Part shown: one piece after another, positions 20,930-30,105 of the stretch | Position numbering within the stretch: the first letter of the stretch is position 1 | How the letters are laid out: every line of letters begins with the position of its first letter | Source: Patescibacteria group bacterium | GTDB taxonomy: Bacteria; Patescibacteriota; Minisyncoccia; Phycocordibacterales; Phycocordibacteraceae | DNA length: 39,161 nucleotides | NCBI GenBank assembly: GCA_018971265.1 | Contig: JAGXBE010000002.1 | Span: forward strand, 1 to 39,161 | Direction: 5' to 3' | Position numbers and translations under genes: made by a program | Notes under the pieces: generated by a model | Told to the model about the DNA's origin: nothing | The model's database searches: none | Seen by the model: only the letters and a program-made list of their open reading frames with translations

Positions 20930-23146
20930 CTACTTCGCTACAGCGACGGCTTCGTCAAATTTTACTGACAGCAACTTTGACACGCCGTCACCACCCATAG
21001 TAACGCCATAGAGAATGCCTGCACGGCCCATGGTCTCGCGATTGTGGGTAATGACGATAAGCTGAGACTTTTGCGAGAGATTCTCGATCATGTCGCCGTA
21101 ACGACGACTGTTCGCCTCATCGAGTGCCGCATCGGTTTCGTCCAATATCAAAAATGGCGGCGGATTCACTTGGCTCATCGCAAAAATGAGCGCGATGCTC
21201 GTGAGCGCGCGCTCGCCGCCGGAGAGCTGCATGAGCGAGCGCACTTTCTTCTTCGGCAGACTGACGGCTATCTCGATGCCGGCGCGTTGCTTCTCTTCCT
21301 CCGGCTCAGCGCCCCGCTCTTCGCCACCTTCGATTTCATCGTCGAGCCCGGCAATATCTTCCGGCTCTTCAAGGGACAAGCGCGCGCTTCCCCCGCCGAA
21401 CATGAGCGCGAAATATTCGCCAAACGACGCATTGACCTTGGTGAGACCGAGAGCAAAATGTTTTGCGAGTTCCGTTTCAAGATCATTGATGAGCGCTCGT
21501 AGACCCGCTGCAGACTTGGCGAGATCGTCGAGTTCGCTCGCAAGAAACTCCTCGCGCGAAGCGACCTCCTTATGTTCTTGACGGATGTCTTCGCCCGTAC
21601 CGCCCGCTTCCTCAAGACGTATCTTCGTACGTTCCAGAGAACGCTTGCGTTCTTCCTGTGTGCGTCGCTCTTCCGCAGGCGCTGCAGAAAGCGGCTCGTA
21701 TGAAAGGGCCGCCGCACCGGCGAGTGCGAGCACCTCCGTTTTGTCGCGCTCGAGCTCCTCTGTAAAAAGACCGAGCTCATGGATGCGCGCATCGCTCTTC
21801 GCTATGACATTCTCTTCGTGCGCTTTCTCGTGCGCAAGTTCGAGAATGCGGCGGTGGAGTTCCTTGCCGGTTTCGTCATGCGCGGTCAAATCCTCGCGCG
21901 AGCGAGCGAGCGCGGATTTCGCCTTTTCCAGCTCCCCGCCAAGCGTAATGTCCTTGTCGACGAGTTCCTTTCGTTCGTTTTCAAGCGCATACGCGGCGCG
22001 CTCTTCTTCCGCAAGCAGATCATCGGTAGGCGCGATGAAGCGGTCGACGAATGTTCGGACTGCGGCGCGCAAGGCGCCGAGGGCGGCAAGAGCGGCATCA
22101 AGCGTGCCCGTTTGTTCCGCTTGTCTTTCCGTTTCTTCCGCAAGCGCGGTGAGGGCCTCGCGCGGCACTTTTGCATACGGGTCGTTTACCACCTTTGCGC
22201 TCCGCTGTTTCGCGGCGGCGAGCATGCCTTCGACCCGTCCGATTTCGCGCGAGAGAGCGCTGCGTTCGCTCGAAAGACGTTCTGCAGACGTTTCGTGTTT
22301 GCGCACCGTTTCAAGACGTTTCGTACCTTCCGCATCGCTCGTCGCTCGTTCTTCAATGGAGGAAAGTTCGGCGGTGAGGGCGGCAAAACGTTCTGTCGCG
22401 TCCTGTTTTTCCCGGGCAACGTTACGCTGCTCTTGCGCCAGATATGCATCTTCGATTGCGAAATAGGTCTGTGCGGCGGCAATGAGGTCTTCCCGAAGCG
22501 CATCGGCACGCTCAAGCTTCTTCACCTGGCCTTCGAGAAAACGCAGGTGCGGCGCCAACTCCCTTCGGAGCGAGTTGACTTGCGCTATGTTTTCTTCGGT
22601 TTTCTCAAGTTTTTTCTGCGCTTCTTGCTTCTTGAATTCATAGACTTTCAGTCCGAGCGCGTCCTCGAGCATGGCGCGGCGATCGCGCGGAGACGCAAGC
22701 AGTATCCGATCCGCCTCTCCTTGGGAGATAATGTGGTGGCTCGTTTCACCGATGTTCGCACTTGCCAGAAGTTCCTCGATGTCGCGGAGCCGAACGCGCG
22801 AACCGTTAATGGAGTATTCGCTTGATCCGTCGCGAAAAACGACGCGCTCAATTACGACTTCGTCGAAGTCTATCTTGAATGAACGCTGAGAATTATCAAA
22901 AACGACCACGACTGCGGCGCGATTCGAGCGCGGTATCGAGTGCGAACCGCCCCAAATGAGGTCCTCGGAGCGCTTGCCTCGCATGCTTTTCATGGATTGC
23001 TCGCCGAGCGCAAAGCGGAACGCTTCCGCGACATTGCTCTTCCCCGAGCCGTTCGGCCCGACGATTGCGGTAGTCGTACTCAAAAAGTCCAAGACTGTTT
23101 TCTTGGCAAATGATTTGAACCCGACGATCTCAAGCCGCTTCAGCAT
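20930..23146 (-). CDS. smc: Short SMC-family ATPase (~738 aa, no evident hinge)
   Basis: LKRLEIVGFKSF, VGPNGSGKSN, Q-loop IISQG, LSGGE, LDETDAALD, ITHN, with coiled coil between. Confidence 0.9.
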   Translation of the reverse strand: MLKRLEIVGFKSFAKKTVLDFLSTTTAIVGPNGSGKSNVAEAFRFALGEQSMKSMRGKRSEDLIWGGSHSIPRSNRAAVVVVFDNSQRSFKIDFDEVVIERVVFRDGSSEYSINGSRVRLRDIEELLASANIGETSHHIISQGEADRILLASPRDRRAMLEDALGLKVYEFKKQEAQKKLEKTEENIAQVNSLRRELAPHLRFLEGQVKKLERADALREDLIAAAQTYFAIEDAYLAQEQRNVAREKQDATERFAALTAELSSIEERATSDAEGTKRLETVRKHETSAERLSSERSALSREIGRVEGMLAAAKQRSAKVVNDPYAKVPREALTALAEETERQAEQTGTLDAALAALGALRAAVRTFVDRFIAPTDDLLAEEERAAYALENERKELVDKDITLGGELEKAKSALARSREDLTAHDETGKELHRRILELAHEKAHEENVIAKSDARIHELGLFTEELERDKTEVLALAGAAALSYEPLSAAPAEERRTQEERKRSLERTKIRLEEAGGTGEDIRQEHKEVASREEFLASELDDLAKSAAGLRALINDLETELAKHFALGLTKVNASFGEYFALMFGGGSARLSLEEPEDIAGLDDEIEGGEERGAEPEEEKQRAGIEIAVSLPKKKVRSLMQLSGGERALTSIALIFAMSQVNPPPFLILDETDAALDEANSRRYGDMIENLSQKSQLIVITHNRETMGRAGILYGVTMGGDGVSKLLSVKFDEAVAVAK

Positions 23147-23176
23147 TGCCTGGTATTGTAACAAACAGAAGGGACG

Positions 23177-23875
23177 TCAGGACCACTTCATCGCGGCAAG
23201 CCCCGCCTCCGCGGCAATTTGTTCCGCCTCCTGTTTGCTCTGCCCTTCCCCGCGCGCTATTTCCTCTTCGCCGAGGAAAACGCCGATGGTGAAAAGCTTC
23301 GCGTGATCGGGACCCTCTTGCGAGAGCGTTTCGTAAAAAGGGGTGACCCCCCGCTTCTCCTGCGCGAGTTCCTGGAACCGACTTTTCGCGTCCTGGTAGG
23401 AACGCTTGGCTATTACCTCATCTATCTTTCCATAGAGAGATTTGGCGATGAATGCCTCCGCGGCCCCGTACCCCTGGTCCAAATATACTGCGCCGATAAT
23501 TGCTTCGAAAGTGTCCGCGAGGATAACGTCGCGCGCGCGGCCGGTGTCTTTCGCTTCTCCCTTTGATAGCAGAAGGAAGTCATTGAAGCCGAGCTTTCGC
23601 GCGCTCTCTGCAAGCGAAACGGTATTTACGAGAGCCGCGCGATAGCTTGTGAGTTCGCCTTCGGACTTTGCGGGAAACTTCTTAAAAAGAAAGTCGGTGG
23701 CGGCAAGTTCGAGTACCGCATCGCCGAGGAATTCGAGCCGCTCATTATGACCTCCCGCGTATTCGCGGTGTTCATTGAGATACGAGCGATGCGTTAAGGC
23801 TTCAATGAGGAGTCTTGGGTTGTTGAAGGTAAGGCCAAGCGTTGAGGCGAGCGGCTCGAAATCAGGCATGGGCAT
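23177..23875 (-). CDS. rnc: Ribonuclease III
   Basis: ALTHRSY, NERLEFLGDAVL, ADTFEAIIGAVYLD, dsRBD. Start is 23875 or 23869. Confidence 0.97.
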   Translation of the reverse strand: MPMPDFEPLASTLGLTFNNPRLLIEALTHRSYLNEHREYAGGHNERLEFLGDAVLELAATDFLFKKFPAKSEGELTSYRAALVNTVSLAESARKLGFNDFLLLSKGEAKDTGRARDVILADTFEAIIGAVYLDQGYGAAEAFIAKSLYGKIDEVIAKRSYQDAKSRFQELAQEKRGVTPFYETLSQEGPDHAKLFTIGVFLGEEEIARGEGQSKQEAEQIAAEAGLAAMKWS

Positions 23876-24761
23876 GGGCAAGATCAAGGAGAATCTGGAC
23901 GGCCTGTGTGACGATGGGGAGCATATCATCATAAAAATTGAGGTCAATGATGTCCTGGAGACGGAACCATTTGGCGTCGTCAAGCCCGCCGCTTTTCTTG
24001 AGCGTCAGCGGTTCGAAATCGCTTGCGGCAAGGAAAAACCAAACGTGTTTGCGCACCCTTCCTTTTTCCGGATGCGAAGCAACGTACTCATTTTCTCCGA
24101 CCTGGTTCTTCACGGTCGCCGAAAGGCCGAGTTCTTCTCTGATGATGCGCGCTACTCCCTGCTGAGGCGTTACATCGTTTTCTATATGACCCTTTGAAAG
24201 GGTCCATCTGCCAAAAACATCGTGCACGAGAGCCAGATAGTATTGGCCTTCGTGTTTGGCATAAACGATTGCCCCCGCGAGCTTTTCGAGCGGAAGTTCT
24301 TCGCGCTTTGTCTTTTTTATTCCTTGCTCGTCCTTGCCGGGCTCGCCGAGTTCTTTATAGACAGCGCCGAGGACGCCGTTTACGAATCGACTGGAGGAGT
24401 CGCCGCCGAAGGTCTTCGCAAGTTCGATCGCTTCATTAAGGGCGACCTTTGCAGGGACCTGCGCGCGGTCGGAAAAGAGGAGCTCGAAAAGCCCGAGGCG
24501 GAGAATGTTCCGGTCGACTGGCGCAATGCGCTCAAGCGGCCACTCGGGAGCCGCTTTTTCGATGACGAGATCGATGTCATCTTTTTTCGCGAGAACGCCG
24601 GAGAGAAGCTGGTCCATAAACGGCTGATCGACATCATCGCCGCCGAATTCAAGAACGTTGCGCGCGAGAATGGCCGCCGCGTCCGCGGCAGTTGCATGGG
24701 TCGTGTCCCATTCGAAAAGCGTCTGGAGAACAACGGAACGTGCTAGATGTCGATTCGCCAT
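23862..24761 (-). CDS. nusB: NusB antitermination factor fused to a C-terminal Nudix-like domain
   Basis: RHLARSVVLQTLFEWD, WPLERIAPVDRNILR, VALNEAIELAK..FVNGVL, followed by WTLSKGHIE..IIREELGL. Confidence 0.9.
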   Translation of the reverse strand: MANRHLARSVVLQTLFEWDTTHATAADAAAILARNVLEFGGDDVDQPFMDQLLSGVLAKKDDIDLVIEKAAPEWPLERIAPVDRNILRLGLFELLFSDRAQVPAKVALNEAIELAKTFGGDSSSRFVNGVLGAVYKELGEPGKDEQGIKKTKREELPLEKLAGAIVYAKHEGQYYLALVHDVFGRWTLSKGHIENDVTPQQGVARIIREELGLSATVKNQVGENEYVASHPEKGRVRKHVWFFLAASDFEPLTLKKSGGLDDAKWFRLQDIIDLNFYDDMLPIVTQAVQILLDLAHAHA

Positions 24762-24791
24762 GAAAAGATCTGTGCGTGCAGTATAGCAAAT

Positions 24792-24819
24792 CCCGCGGTT
24801 GCGCAAGCGCAACCGCGGG
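24792..24819. terminator. Perfect GC hairpin between rpmF and nusB
   Basis: CCCGCGGTTGCGC-AA-GCGCAACCGCGGG, next to a minus-strand TGcTATACT extended -10 for nusB. Confidence 0.5.
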
Positions 24820-24844
24820 GGATTATCCAACAAGTGCGGATATA

Positions 24845-25204
24845 TTAGGCGCCGCCACCGAAACCGCTGCGCGCTTTTGGACGGCCGCCCGTAGCGATTT
24901 TGCCGAAGATACCTTTCGAACTTTTCATTTCAGCGTTCGAATGTTCCTCGTGCGCATGCTCGTGTTCGTGCGCCGGCTTTGCCGAGGGCGCCGTGGAAGG
25001 GCCTTTTACCTTCGACCCATGCGCCTGTTTCTTTTTCGGCGAGAAAATCTGCTTGCCCCGATACATGCCCGTCGTTTCGTCGAGACGGTGCGGGAGGCGA
25101 AGAGCGCCGCTTTCAGCGTCCTTTACGATCTTCATTTCCGAAAGTGCGTGGTGCGACCGGCGGTTGCCGGAATGACCTTTCGTATGGCGCATGCGGATTG
25201 ACAT
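24845..25204 (-). CDS. rpmF: 50S ribosomal protein L32 (Cys-less type) with His-rich C-terminal extension
   Basis: [38 protein letters not shown]. Start at ATG 25204. Confidence 0.88.
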   Translation of the reverse strand: MSIRMRHTKGHSGNRRSHHALSEMKIVKDAESGALRLPHRLDETTGMYRGKQIFSPKKKQAHGSKVKGPSTAPSAKPAHEHEHAHEEHSNAEMKSSKGIFGKIATGGRPKARSGFGGGA

Positions 25205-25230
25205 AGCGCACACCCTATCACGACATCCGT

Positions 25231-25269
25231 AAAAAGCAAAACGCCGCTCATGGGAGACGGCGTTTGTGC
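25231..25269 (-). terminator. Intrinsic terminator after the Cys-rich ORF
   Basis: Minus strand AAACGCCGTCTCCCATGAGCGGCGTTT followed by TGCTTTTT. Confidence 0.6.
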
Positions 25270-25301
25270 GGAGAGGTGGTAAAGAGTATCGGCGCGTTGT
25301 T

Positions 25302-25571
25302 TCAGTCCTCCTGGCCAGGGGTAGGGCGAGTAGTGACTTCCAGATAGTTGAGGATTTCTTCCTCGAGCGTCTTCGGTGAACTCTCCTTGAGCTTATATGC
25401 GGAGCAATATCCGCGTTTCGGCGCATCGGGACTCGGGCACGATTCCTGTCCTTTGCACCGACAGAAGCCGCACAGCGAGTGCTTATCGGAATCTCCACTG
25501 CGGGACACTATTTCCAGAACGTATCCCGGATCCTGCATCCTGTTAGCCCAACCTTTTTCATCTTGTAGCAT
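25302..25571 (-). CDS. Small Cys-rich hypothetical protein
   Basis: AAAGGAG Shine-Dalgarno; CGFCRC-x5-C-x10-C; its own terminator. Confidence 0.6.
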   Translation of the reverse strand: MLQDEKGWANRMQDPGYVLEIVSRSGDSDKHSLCGFCRCKGQESCPSPDAPKRGYCSAYKLKESSPKTLEEEILNYLEVTTRPTPGQED

Positions 25572-25654
25572 CACTTCTCCTTTTTTCTAAAAGATCATCT
25601 TTTATGCGCGCCCTATATCAACCGTAAAGGATGATATAAGGGGCAATCGTATTC

Positions 25655-26248
25655 CTATTTTGTCAAAAAATCAAGGTGTAGAAAGGAGCGGCGGTGAATT
25701 GTGCATGGTCCGTGTTTGCGAAGCGCTTCATAGTGCGCTTCCGTGCCGTAGCCCTTATGCCGTTCGAAACCATATTCCGGATACGGTACGGACAGCTTTT
25801 TCATAAGCCGATCGCGCGTTACTTTTGCCGCAATGGAGGCGAGCGAGATGAGTGGGACATTCGCGTCTCCGCCAATGATGGTCTGTTGCACATAGTCCGT
25901 CGGCGCGCGAAGCGCTCCATCGAGAAGCACTCTTGCGAGCGCCGCGTCCGGGGCAAGCGAGCGAGCGCCACGAGCAATCGCCCTTCTGAGCGCAACCGCG
26001 ATACCCTCTTTGTCAATCGTTTCGGCGTCTTCAAACTCGACAAGAAAACGAATGTCGCCACGGGCGGCCCCCATCTCGAGCAAAGTGAAAATCTTTTCGC
26101 GCTTCATCGGCGAAAGTTTTTTCGAGTCTGCGACACCCGGGAACTCCTTCGCCACATCATATCCTTCCGGGACGGCAACCAGACCGACGGCTACCGGCCC
26201 CGCAAGGGGGCCTCTCCCCGCCTCATCAACCCCAAGCATGACCCGCAT
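25655..26248 (-). CDS. rnhB: Ribonuclease HII
   Basis: GVDEAGRGPLAGPV, DSKKL, LDG, ASIAAKVTRD, HKGYGT, HRRSF. Confidence 0.97.
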   Translation of the reverse strand: MRVMLGVDEAGRGPLAGPVAVGLVAVPEGYDVAKEFPGVADSKKLSPMKREKIFTLLEMGAARGDIRFLVEFEDAETIDKEGIAVALRRAIARGARSLAPDAALARVLLDGALRAPTDYVQQTIIGGDANVPLISLASIAAKVTRDRLMKKLSVPYPEYGFERHKGYGTEAHYEALRKHGPCTIHRRSFLHLDFLTK

Positions 26249-26272
26249 GTGTCTAGTGTATCAAAATAATCA

Positions 26273-26297
26273 CCGCCGGGTCCTTTGGACCCGGCGG
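26273..26297 (-). terminator. Perfect hairpin after the 26321-26698 ORF
   Basis: CCGCCGGGTCC-TTT-GGACCCGGCGG, followed by TGATTATTTT on the minus strand. Confidence 0.55.
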
Positions 26298-26320
26298 ATG
26301 AAGTCATTGCGCCGGAGACA

Positions 26321-26698
26321 TTACCGGCGAAACCTGAACGGAGAGTAGCCCCAATCGTCCAGAACATCGAAAATCTCCGGACATCCGGGATCATCCGGTT
26401 TTCCGCCGCCGGCGTAGAACTTCTCACGTCGCCGTACGAGCTCGACACCTGCTTCTTGCGCCCTGAAGTCGAGGTCGTGTGTAAGCAGATACTCTCGTGC
26501 CAGCCGACAGCGCCAACGCACGTAGTATCTCCTCGGTACTGACCAGAAAAATTCGATTATTCCGTAACACGTGACCACGGCTTCGGAAAGCAGATTCCGC
26601 CTCAGCCGCGGATCGGTGATTATCCTGATGATGGACGTGAAAACGAACACGAATACAACCCATGCCGCTACGACGAGTGCCACCTTTACGATTTCCAT
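26321..26698 (-). CDS. Hypothetical membrane protein (125 aa)
   Basis: AGGAGAGG Shine-Dalgarno; hydrophobic N-terminal helix. Confidence 0.6.
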   Translation of the reverse strand: MEIVKVALVVAAWVVFVFVFTSIIRIITDPRLRRNLLSEAVVTCYGIIEFFWSVPRRYYVRWRCRLAREYLLTHDLDFRAQEAGVELVRRREKFYAGGGKPDDPGCPEIFDVLDDWGYSPFRFRR

Positions 26699-26786
26699 GT
26701 TCCTCTCCTGGAAAGTTGGTCCGGTTCAAGAGTATACCGGGACGGTAAAAAAGCAAGACGGTTTCTTATTGATATACTTCCGATAC

Positions 26787-29700
26787 ATGGCCTCGCGCTT
26801 CGTCCACCTCCATACGCACAGCCACTACTCGTTCCTCCAGGCATTGCCGAAGGTGGATGAGCTGGTCGAGAAAGCAAAAAAAGAAGGAATGGACGCTCTT
26901 GCGCTCACTGACGCCGGTAATATGCACGGGGCGATAGAGTTTTATAGGGCCGCGACAAGGGCGGGCGTGAAGCCGATTCTCGGCGTTGACGCATACCTTG
27001 CGCCACGCTCACTGTTGGGCCGCGACCGAAATATCGACACGAAGCGTTCACGCGTCGTACTTCTCGCAGAGAATAATGAGGGCTACAAAAACCTCCTCGC
27101 GCTTGTCACGACATCATGGACGAAAGGGTTCTTCGAACGGCCGCGTATGGATAAGGAGCTGCTTCGCGCACATGCGCGCGGGGTGATTGCCATACTCCCT
27201 TCCTTTGCAAGCGATGTTTCCCAAATGCTGCGTGCTGGCGACAAGAACGGCGCGAGTGCGGCGCTCGCGGAGTTCAGGAACATATTTGGCGAGGGAAACG
27301 TCTTCCTTGAAATCACGCGCCATCCGCTTGTGAAGGGGCATGCGGCTCTTATGGAAAAAATCATCGCGCTTGCGAAGGAAAATGCCACCCCGCTCGTCGC
27401 CCAACATGACGTGTACTACCTGGAGCCGGGCGACCGCGAGGCAACCGAAATACTGCGGCGCATCCAGCATGGCGAGCGTGGCAGGAATGAAAACGAGGAT
27501 TTCTCTTTCATCAGCGAGGAGCGCGCACTCGAGCTCTTCAGAGAGCTCCCGGAAGCGCTTGCGGCTTCGTGCGCAATCGCGGAGCGCTGTAATGTATCGT
27601 TTGAACTCGGAAAATGGACCTTCCCCGTCGTACCCGTTTCAAACGGCTTCGCGACCCATGACGAGGAGCTGCGCTCATATGCGTATGCCGGTATCGCACG
27701 ACGCGGCATTGAGGAGACGAAAGAGATCACGGACCGTATCGAATACGAGCTCGGCATCATCATCGACAAAGGGTTCGCGGTGTATTACCTCATCGTTGCC
27801 GACCTGCTCGCCTTTGCGCGAAAGGCGAACATTCTGACCACCACCCGCGGCTCGGCGGCCGGATCTCTTGTTGCATACCTCGTCGGCATTACGAACGTAA
27901 ACCCTCTTTTCTACAAGCTCCCTTTCGAACGATTTTTGAATCCGGAGCGTCCCAAGGCGCCAGATATAGACATGGACATGGCCGACAATCGCCGTGACGA
28001 AATGATTGCGTATGCGAAACAGAAATACGGCGAAGATCATGTCGCACAGATAGGCACCTTCGGCACCATGATGGCGCGCGCGGCGGTGCGCGATGTCGCG
28101 CGCGCCCTCGGCCACTCGTACACCACCGGCGATCGCATCGCGAAACTGATCCCGATTGGTTCGCAAGGGTTTCCGATGACTATCGATCGGGCGCTCGAGC
28201 TCGAACCGGACCTGAAGACGCTCTATGACGAGGATGACGAGTCGAAGGAGATTATCGATCTTGCAAAACGCATCGAGGGCTGCGTGCGGCACGTCGGCGT
28301 CCATGCGGCGGGAGTCGTCGTCGCGCCCTCCCCGCTCGTCGAGTGGACTCCGGTTCAACCCGACCCGAAGGGAACCGGTAAAATTATTACGCAGTACGAC
28401 ATGTACTCCATCACCGACGAATACGGCGGCGTCGGACTCCTGAAGTTTGATTTTCTCGGTATCAAGAACCTCGCGATCCTTGCCGATGCAGTCGTTCGTG
28501 TCGCGGAGACGCGCGACATAGTGGTGGACATCGAAAACATCCCTATCGATGACGCGGCGACCTACCAGATGCTCGCGCGCGGCGAGACGGAAGGCGTCTT
28601 TCAGATGAACGGCTCCGGCATGACCCGATGGCTCAAGGAGCTCAAGCCAACCACTATCCATGATATCAATGCGATGGTCGCGCTCTACCGCCCGGGACCG
28701 ATGGAGACGATTCCGCAGTATATCGCGCGGAAGAAAAACCCGCGTCTCATCAACTTTCTCGATCCGCGCATGAAGGACTATCTCGATTTCTCCTATGGAC
28801 TGCTCGTCTACCAGGACGATGTGCTCCTGACCGCCATTACGCTCGGCGGATACTCATGGCTCGAGGCAGACTCACTTCGCAAGGCGATGGGGAAAAAAAT
28901 TCCAAAGGTTATGCAGGCGGAAAAGGAGAAGCTTCTCAAGGGTTTTATGGAGTATGGGAAGCTCTCGAAGGAAAAGTCGGAGAAACTATGGGGCCTCATC
29001 GAGCCGTTTGCCGCATACGGCTTCAACAAGGCGCACGCCGCAAGCTACGGCAAGGTCGCCTACCAGACCGCGTACATGAAAGCGAATTATCCCGTTGAAT
29101 ACATGGCTGCGCTTCTTACCGCAGACTCGGGCAACACCGACTCAATCGCCACGTTTGTCGCGGAAGCAAAGCGCATGCGGATCCCAGTGTTGCCGCCGGA
29201 CGTGAATGAGAGCGGCACGGACTTTACCGTTGTGCATGCAAAAGCGGGCGGGAATGTGTCCGGGGGTGGGATCTCGCAGCGCGATGGCGCGAGAGGAGGT
29301 GATTTTTCAGCAGAAAAATACGCCGCCCCGTTCGAGAATACTTCCCGCGCGCTGCCAAACGTCATTCGCTTCGGTCTCTCTTCCATCAAAAATTTCGGCG
29401 ACGGCATTTCAGAAGCGATTATCGCCGAGCGCAAGGCACACGGCTCTTTCAAGACGCTTTCCGACTTCCTTTCCCGCATCGGCTCAAAAAACCTGAATCG
29501 CAAATCCCTCGAGTCACTCATCAAGTGCGGAGCCCTTGATTCTCTGAGCCCTCACGAGAGCGGTCGCGGTGCGTTGCTTGCCGGTATCGAGACCCTGCTC
29601 GTATTTCATCGCGAAGCAACCGCCGTTCCATCGCAGGATTCCCTCTTTGGCAAGCTTGCAGCGCCGCCGCCGGCGCTCCCTGCCGGAAAACCAGTTTCGC

Positions 29701-30077
29701 TTCTTGATAAGCTCGCGTGGGAGAAAGAATTGCTCGGCATTTACGTTTCCGGCCATCCGCTCGACGCGCATGACGCGATGCTCGCACGAACTTCTCTTTC
29801 GTTTGCGAAACTCAAAGAAGAGCCGCGGTCGGGAACGCCCGTCATACTGCCCGTCCTCGCCACAGAAGTGCGCGCCATCCTGACCAAGAGCGGCGAAAAG
29901 ATGGCGTTCATAAAACTGGAGGACAAGACCGGCTCACTCGAGGCGGTCGTCTTTCCGAAACTCCTCAAGGAACACGCCGGTGCGATTGTGCCCGATACTT
30001 GCCTGTTAGTGAAAGGCAAAACCTCGATCAGGAACGGCGAACTTTCGCTCGTCATCGAGAGCATAAAGCCGCTCTAG
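26787..30077 (+). CDS. dnaE: DNA polymerase III alpha subunit, with in-frame palindromic insertion
   Basis: FVHLHTHSHYS (PHP), RGSAAGSLVAY, PDIDMD, LKFDFLG, YGFNKAHA, LGIYVSGHPL, OB fold. Start at ATG 26787. Confidence 0.98.
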   Translation: MASRFVHLHTHSHYSFLQALPKVDELVEKAKKEGMDALALTDAGNMHGAIEFYRAATRAGVKPILGVDAYLAPRSLLGRDRNIDTKRSRVVLLAENNEGYKNLLALVTTSWTKGFFERPRMDKELLRAHARGVIAILPSFASDVSQMLRAGDKNGASAALAEFRNIFGEGNVFLEITRHPLVKGHAALMEKIIALAKENATPLVAQHDVYYLEPGDREATEILRRIQHGERGRNENEDFSFISEERALELFRELPEALAASCAIAERCNVSFELGKWTFPVVPVSNGFATHDEELRSYAYAGIARRGIEETKEITDRIEYELGIIIDKGFAVYYLIVADLLAFARKANILTTTRGSAAGSLVAYLVGITNVNPLFYKLPFERFLNPERPKAPDIDMDMADNRRDEMIAYAKQKYGEDHVAQIGTFGTMMARAAVRDVARALGHSYTTGDRIAKLIPIGSQGFPMTIDRALELEPDLKTLYDEDDESKEIIDLAKRIEGCVRHVGVHAAGVVVAPSPLVEWTPVQPDPKGTGKIITQYDMYSITDEYGGVGLLKFDFLGIKNLAILADAVVRVAETRDIVVDIENIPIDDAATYQMLARGETEGVFQMNGSGMTRWLKELKPTTIHDINAMVALYRPGPMETIPQYIARKKNPRLINFLDPRMKDYLDFSYGLLVYQDDVLLTAITLGGYSWLEADSLRKAMGKKIPKVMQAEKEKLLKGFMEYGKLSKEKSEKLWGLIEPFAAYGFNKAHAASYGKVAYQTAYMKANYPVEYMAALLTADSGNTDSIATFVAEAKRMRIPVLPPDVNESGTDFTVVHAKAGGNVSGGGISQRDGARGGDFSAEKYAAPFENTSRALPNVIRFGLSSIKNFGDGISEAIIAERKAHGSFKTLSDFLSRIGSKNLNRKSLESLIKCGALDSLSPHESGRGALLAGIETLLVFHREATAVPSQDSLFGKLAAPPPALPAGKPVSLLDKLAWEKELLGIYVSGHPLDAHDAMLARTSLSFAKLKEEPRSGTPVILPVLATEVRAILTKSGEKMAFIKLEDKTGSLEAVVFPKLLKEHAGAIVPDTCLLVKGKTSIRNGELSLVIESIKPL
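29243..29353 (+). repeat. Structured palindromic element, copy C (in-frame in dnaE)
   Basis: Imperfect outer stem AGCG.GCGGGAA..CGGGG / CCCCG..TTCCCGC.CGCT; hairpins GCGC-GATG-GCGC and ATTTTTC-AGCA-GAAAAAT. Confidence 0.75.
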
Positions 30078-30105
30078 GAGATGTATGGTATATTCCGCAA
30101 GAAGT

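Noticed and set aside
26571..26786. N-terminal extension of DnaE in the ORF track (similar extensions for dnaG, rnc, rpmF, nusB, rnr and hisS)
   Set aside because: These overlap neighbouring genes or promoters; conserved motifs begin at downstream ATGs.
29243..29353. Intein or self-splicing intron in dnaE
   Set aside because: It is too short and lacks intein terminal residues and group I/II intron cores.
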